From Vezdaea acicularis (Eukaryota): DNA of 64,000 bases. Below, piece by piece: positions 59,264-64,000 of the stretch. Position numbers and translations under genes: made by a program. The stretch spans positions 186,001 to 250,000 of the forward strand of contig JAPEUI010000008.1 in the NCBI GenBank assembly GCA_026025075.1. Direction: 5' to 3'. The notes beneath the pieces are model-generated. The model had not been told where the DNA came from. It searched no databases and saw only the letters and a list, made by a program, of their open reading frames with translations. Numbering within the stretch: position 1 is the first letter of the stretch; every line of letters begins with the position of its first letter.

Positions 59264-62200
59264 GGGGGATATCGTCAGTTGCATGTTCGGAGGGTAGGTA
59301 GTTCTTTACGCTTTGGACGATTCAGGATATTGTCATGATATAGATGAACGAATAGTACAGGTTTTTAATAGTACTGCTGGCTCCATAGTCTGACTGGCTT
59401 GAGAAGATGATGTATTCCACAGGCTTTCCTCAAAATCACGGGGGAGCTCCATGACTGCTGGGAACACGATATTAGGCAAGTAGCACAATAAACCCAGTAT
59501 CTGGAATGCACAATTCTGGTAGGTACACTTCGATTTTGAAACATAAATATACGTCATTGGGATTATGTGAGATAGTTGGGAGGTAAAGGGCTATTCGCCG
59601 TATGCCAAGGAAATCGTGTGTATACCCAAAGATCTTCCCTAAAATGGGGTCCCCTCCATACAACGCGAAAGTCCTCGATACAATATGATTTACCCCATGT
59701 AACTCGAGGTCGTCCACGTAACCAGAGATCCCCCATGTGCCCAGTAACGGTCCATGTAAAGAGGGGCAGTCCTTACAGCAACGGCTGGCCAATCGGCTTA
59801 TTTGGCTACAGCGGAGAAAAAGAGGGGGAGAACCCAAGGAAGTTATCAAGGCATGTGATCAGAAAAAAAGAAAGTTAGTTTGTATGTTTCCCTGCAAACC
59901 TTAAAGAAAACGTTGATTGATCGGCGAAATGGCGGCGGTAATGGCGGTCAAGCGAGGCAGAAAAAGGTTAATGGGTAAGTCGTCCAGGGATGTTGTTGAA
60001 TCTTTGCCTTCTTGCCTTGGCGACGCAGTGGGATGGCAGCAAGCGCTCACTATGAAATGTACTTTGCAAGAGGCAGGCTTGTTAGCAGTACTAGAGTGAT
60101 GGAAGAAGGCAAGTTCCCCAGATACCTCCGGGCCGTTCTTGGAACAGCAGGGTTGAGAGGACTGGCAACCTTTTCGTATCCTGGGAATGCTCTTGCAGGC
60201 GGAGAACAGATCCGAGATCGTTGCCAAGCTTGAAGGGAAAATGCATGGCGCCACTCCACGTACACTCGCATCCATGACAAACCAGATTCGGGACGATACT
60301 GTGATATTCAAACGGCGTCTCGATTGCAAGCACGCAGGAGTCCGTGCTCGCGATCCGGGCCATCGGACGCTGAAGGATCGAAGAATGACGAGCCTATCGC
60401 AAAAACTAGTCCAGACGGCATCAGTGACATTTGCCTGGTCAAGGCTTTCTGCGTCCATGGTCCACGGCCCGACTCGCGACACGATTCAATCCTGTTAGCC
60501 ACAAAGAGGTATGGGTCCTCGCAGGAGACGAGAAGAACGGCACGAGGGAAGCCACTTGTGATTAGGATCGCTGCCTCCATCCGTTTCAAGCGGCTCAAAG
60601 TGGATGACCACATCCACAAATGGGCACGTGAAGGATCTCGGGTAAGGCCACGATGTGGGTAGGGAATATGCATGGGAGCAAGGAATCGTTCGAAATCCTT
60701 CCAAAAACCCTGCACCTCGTGGTTCGAGCCTGATCCACGTTGCCAACCGCCACGAGGTGCAGAATGAAAGCGTTCTCCAAACCTTGAGGGATTTGGTGAC
60801 GCGACGTATAAGACCTGCCCTGTAGCAAGCAAGCAGTCACAGACCCGCATAGCTAACAATTCAGAAGCATTGGAGCATCGACGGGCCAATGGCCTTGATG
60901 CCGCGTGTCCGGCGCTAGAATCGAGGGCGGGTCCGGGCCCGAATAGCTTCCTCCTGTCGATCCTGGGGTATTCTCCTAGCCCTGGGGCGGTACCCCACAA
61001 AATGTGAAGCGCAGGATTCCGGGATGAGACACGACAATTAAAGCGAGCGTCGTCGACGAAAACGCGTTCTGCCGATGCAGACTGGTCCGAGTAGATGTGT
61101 CGGAAGCGCTACCAGAGGGAGAGGAATGTCCTGTCGAGCTGATGGACGGTGGTCACCCGGCTGTCGGTCGAGGCGAATGTCATCTTTTAGGGGAATCGGA
61201 ATTGGGAAAATGAAGTCATGCGGGCGAAATTCCAGCCAATCCGGAGGCCGCTGTCCCTGAAATTCGGGCTTCTTTTCTTTTTTTCCAGCGAACCCCAAGT
61301 CGGCTGATCCCGAGCGCGGCCACTCGCGCCTGCTCCGGCACCGTCGATGCCGGCTCAACTCCGACACTGTGACATCGTGCCCGCGACTGCTGTGGCTGAC
61401 GGGCCATGACGAATGAGGAGCGCTGGGCTGGACGTCTGCACATGCCTCCTCTTCCCATTGAACGAACGCATTTCCCATTACCCCATCCGCACGGCGATGC
61501 CCTCACGCTCATCCGAATTGTCGACGGCGGGTCTGGGCGGCTTTGGCTGGTTCCGCCATCCTCGGCCCACGTGGTTGGCTGTCACCTCCCTCCAGGGCAT
61601 ACTATTACGTTGCAAAATACTCGAGTTTGCTCGGCGCCAAAAGCTTTGCCAGGCCATGAGTAATGTCTTTTCGGAGGGGTGGTGAGAAGGAGAGAAGGCG
61701 GTCGAGGGCACGGCTGTCTAAGCATTCAACCTCGACTGTCCAGCATCCACGGTAAGGCTGGAAAAAGAGATCCGGGCAAGGCGTAAGATCTGACGGTTTC
61801 CGGGCGCGCGAGGAGTTGCTTTTTCGACGTTGTTGCTTATTCGACGCGCGCTTGTGTGGTCGCTTCGGTTGCATCATATGGCGAAGAAGCTTAACCGCGA
61901 GCTTTTGAAACTTTTTTCTCCTCCGTCGTGTGTCATACCCTCCTCCGCCCTTCGCCATCAGCTTCCGATGTGTCGCAACACTGCGACGCCTGCGCGCCAT
62001 GGATGCCGTCTTGGCCGTCGATACCGGCGCTTTGACTGGCCTGGCTGCCCTCTCACGTCACGAGATCCTGCCAATTTTCTTTGACAGCGACGGCGTTGCC
62101 CTTTGCCCCGTGGTAGTGACTCCGCGCTCGTCTCGCATATATCCGCCCCCTCCTGGGACGCCCACATTCATTCCATGATCCTCCTTTGACTCGACGGGCG

Positions 62201-62466
62201 TACTCACTCGTTGCACTGCTTTTTCCTCGCCTTGAAAGCCATACAAACAGAATCAGCTTACTGCCGATCTCAAATCTCGACGGCCGTAGTGGCCCGTGCC
62301 CTAATCGCTCTGCAATTCCCCGCAAGGCCGCATCGGCGCTGTCTCGCCTCGCAGCAGGGCATCCCGCTAGGGTTTCCGCGCGATCTTCTCCCTTCCTTCT
62401 CTGTTACCGGGAGTCAAATCCCAGCAGAGCGCATTTTTATACCCAGTCCACGTTCCTTCAGCAGTT

Positions 62467-64000
62467 ATGTCCGTACAATGTCCTTCAGCAGATATAGGCC
62501 GCGCTCGCCCTACGACTCTTGCCGAACACACATGCCCAGACTACCGTAGGGTTTCTCCCTCAACACACCGTGTTCAGTCTCGAAAAAGACAAGACCGAGA
62601 CTCTTTCTCTTCCGTCAAGGAAGACGACAGTGGCATTCCACAATCATTCCTGGTGTCAAAGGAATCTACTCTCTTTCCTCTTCCCCTTCGTGACCAAGAC
62701 CTCGACTCCGACGAAATGGCTGAAACCTTGACGATGCAAAACCCCCCCGGCTTCTGCTGCCCCTGCGGTGGGTCCAGAGGCTGGAAGGAGGTTCAGCTGG
62801 GGAAGCGAGGTCATCACAAGAGCAAAAGCTACAGTGATCTGAGGCTATTCGGAGCTGAATTGCAAAAAGGGTGGGATTGGGCCAGAGCAGACAGCCCAGA
62901 GAGACTCGCGGTAGCTGCCGCTCGGAAGCCAAAGACGTATCCTGCTGGTCAATCACTTCTCGAAAAACTCCCTACAGAAATATTAGGTATGTAGCTCGAC
63001 GTTGAAGTTGAAGTGAGGTGAGCAGAAACAAAAACGGGCTAACAGATTTTGAGTAGATCAAATCCTCCCACTGCTCGTAATCGATCTACCTCCAAACGAC
63101 TATACACCTCGCAACACCGACCTTATTTCGTGTTTGCTCTCTTCTCGAACTCTCTATGTTGCTACCCTGGGCACATTGTATAAACAGATTACCCTTCCAC
63201 ACTCGTACATATTCTCAAAATTTCTCAATCACATCTCTGCATACCAATCTTTAGGAACCCTCGTTCGGAGGTTGGATTTCTCACACTTCTCATCGGTAGG
63301 CCTCGGAAGGAGCAGGCGAGACAACCTCGAGATTCAAAACGTCACCTCAGCGACTCTGCTCAAATGTTTGAACCTTACGCCACAGCTACACGAATTTCTT
63401 ATTCAGGAGCATTTGGACGAAGATATAGACGAGAAGGTCGTGCAGAAGCTTTTCTGCGGTATGGAGTATTTACGAGCGATGGATTTTTGCGCGGCTTCCT
63501 CTGCTGCATTTAAGACTGCCTTTACGAACGTTATCAATTTTGAGAATACAGCATTACCGGCGTTCTTGGATATACAGCGCCTGAGTTTGCATGAATGCAA
63601 TACACTCCCTTCCTCGGTTTTCGAAATTCTTCTGCCGAAGCTCCATAGGCTCACCCACTTGGACGTCGCTCACACTCGCATCACCGATGAGGCACTGTTC
63701 TCTATTCCAGAGACCGCCAGATTGACTCATCTAAACCTCAGTAAATGTTCAAGGCTTAGTGGCGAGAAAGTGGTCAATTTCCTGACGACGCACCCCGCAG
63801 TTCGAGACAGCCTCATCTACCTCAATCTTTATGCCGACATAGCTCATAACCGACTACTGGAAGAGTCTGATGTGGAGAATCTACTTCCGAAACTTCCTTC
63901 ATCTCTTAAAGCTCTACATCTCACTGGCGCCAAAATCAAGGGAGTTCATGTGCCTCTGCTTCTACCTCTAACGAAGCATGTCGAGGAGTTGAGCCTGGGT
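62467..64000 (+). CDS. F-box / leucine-rich-repeat protein (YLR352W-like), runs off the window; exons 62467-62986, 63057->64000
   Basis: F-box-like 'LLEKLPTEIL|DQILPLLV...DLISCLLSSRTLY', then 'VRRLDFSHFSSVGLGR' and LRR-like 'RLSLHEC', 'LTHLDVAHTRITD', 'LTHLNLSKCSRL'. Frame is open to the window end. Confidence 0.85.

Noticed and set aside
59300..62400. ORFs 59901-60482, 60308-61000 and neighbours
   Set aside because: No recognisable motifs and atypical composition; more likely promoter and leader of the F-box gene.
1054..64000. HUL5, BLM10 and F-box genes as a ubiquitin-proteasome cluster
   Set aside because: They are ~25-30 kb apart with unrelated genes between them, and such genes are common genome-wide.

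Overview
Eukaryotic, gene-dense DNA from a filamentous ascomycete (Pezizomycotina-type short GT-AG introns with CTRAY branch points; velvet gene present); the species cannot be named from sequence alone. I reconstructed 19 protein-coding genes by hand-splicing. In order: HECT E3 ligase (Hul5/UBE3C-like), fasciclin protein, velvet regulator VosA, GDP-mannose pyrophosphorylase, an OB-fold protein, an Apd1/Aim32-type ferredoxin, Arh1, an aldo-keto reductase, an orphan secreted polyprotein, Blm10, Gpi18, a hypothetical protein, an RraA/HMG-aldolase-like gene, a second hypothetical protein, Mrp10, an NRAMP transporter, a formin-GBD protein, a PrnX/ornithine-cyclodeaminase-like protein and a truncated F-box/LRR gene. 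I found no tRNA, rRNA, CRISPR array or recognisable transposon. Best leads: (1) a 786-aa secreted, Kex2-site-punctuated polyprotein made of two homologous modules, the first with a candidate His/Cys permuted-papain dyad and the second lacking both residues; (2) a fungal protein resembling vertebrate shieldin SHLD2; (3) a 132-nt copy of a neighbouring gene that differs mostly at synonymous sites; (4) a 976-nt structured intron in the RraA-like gene; (5) an 8-kb gene-free, GC- and repeat-rich region upstream of vosA. All family assignments come from motif recognition, not database searches.
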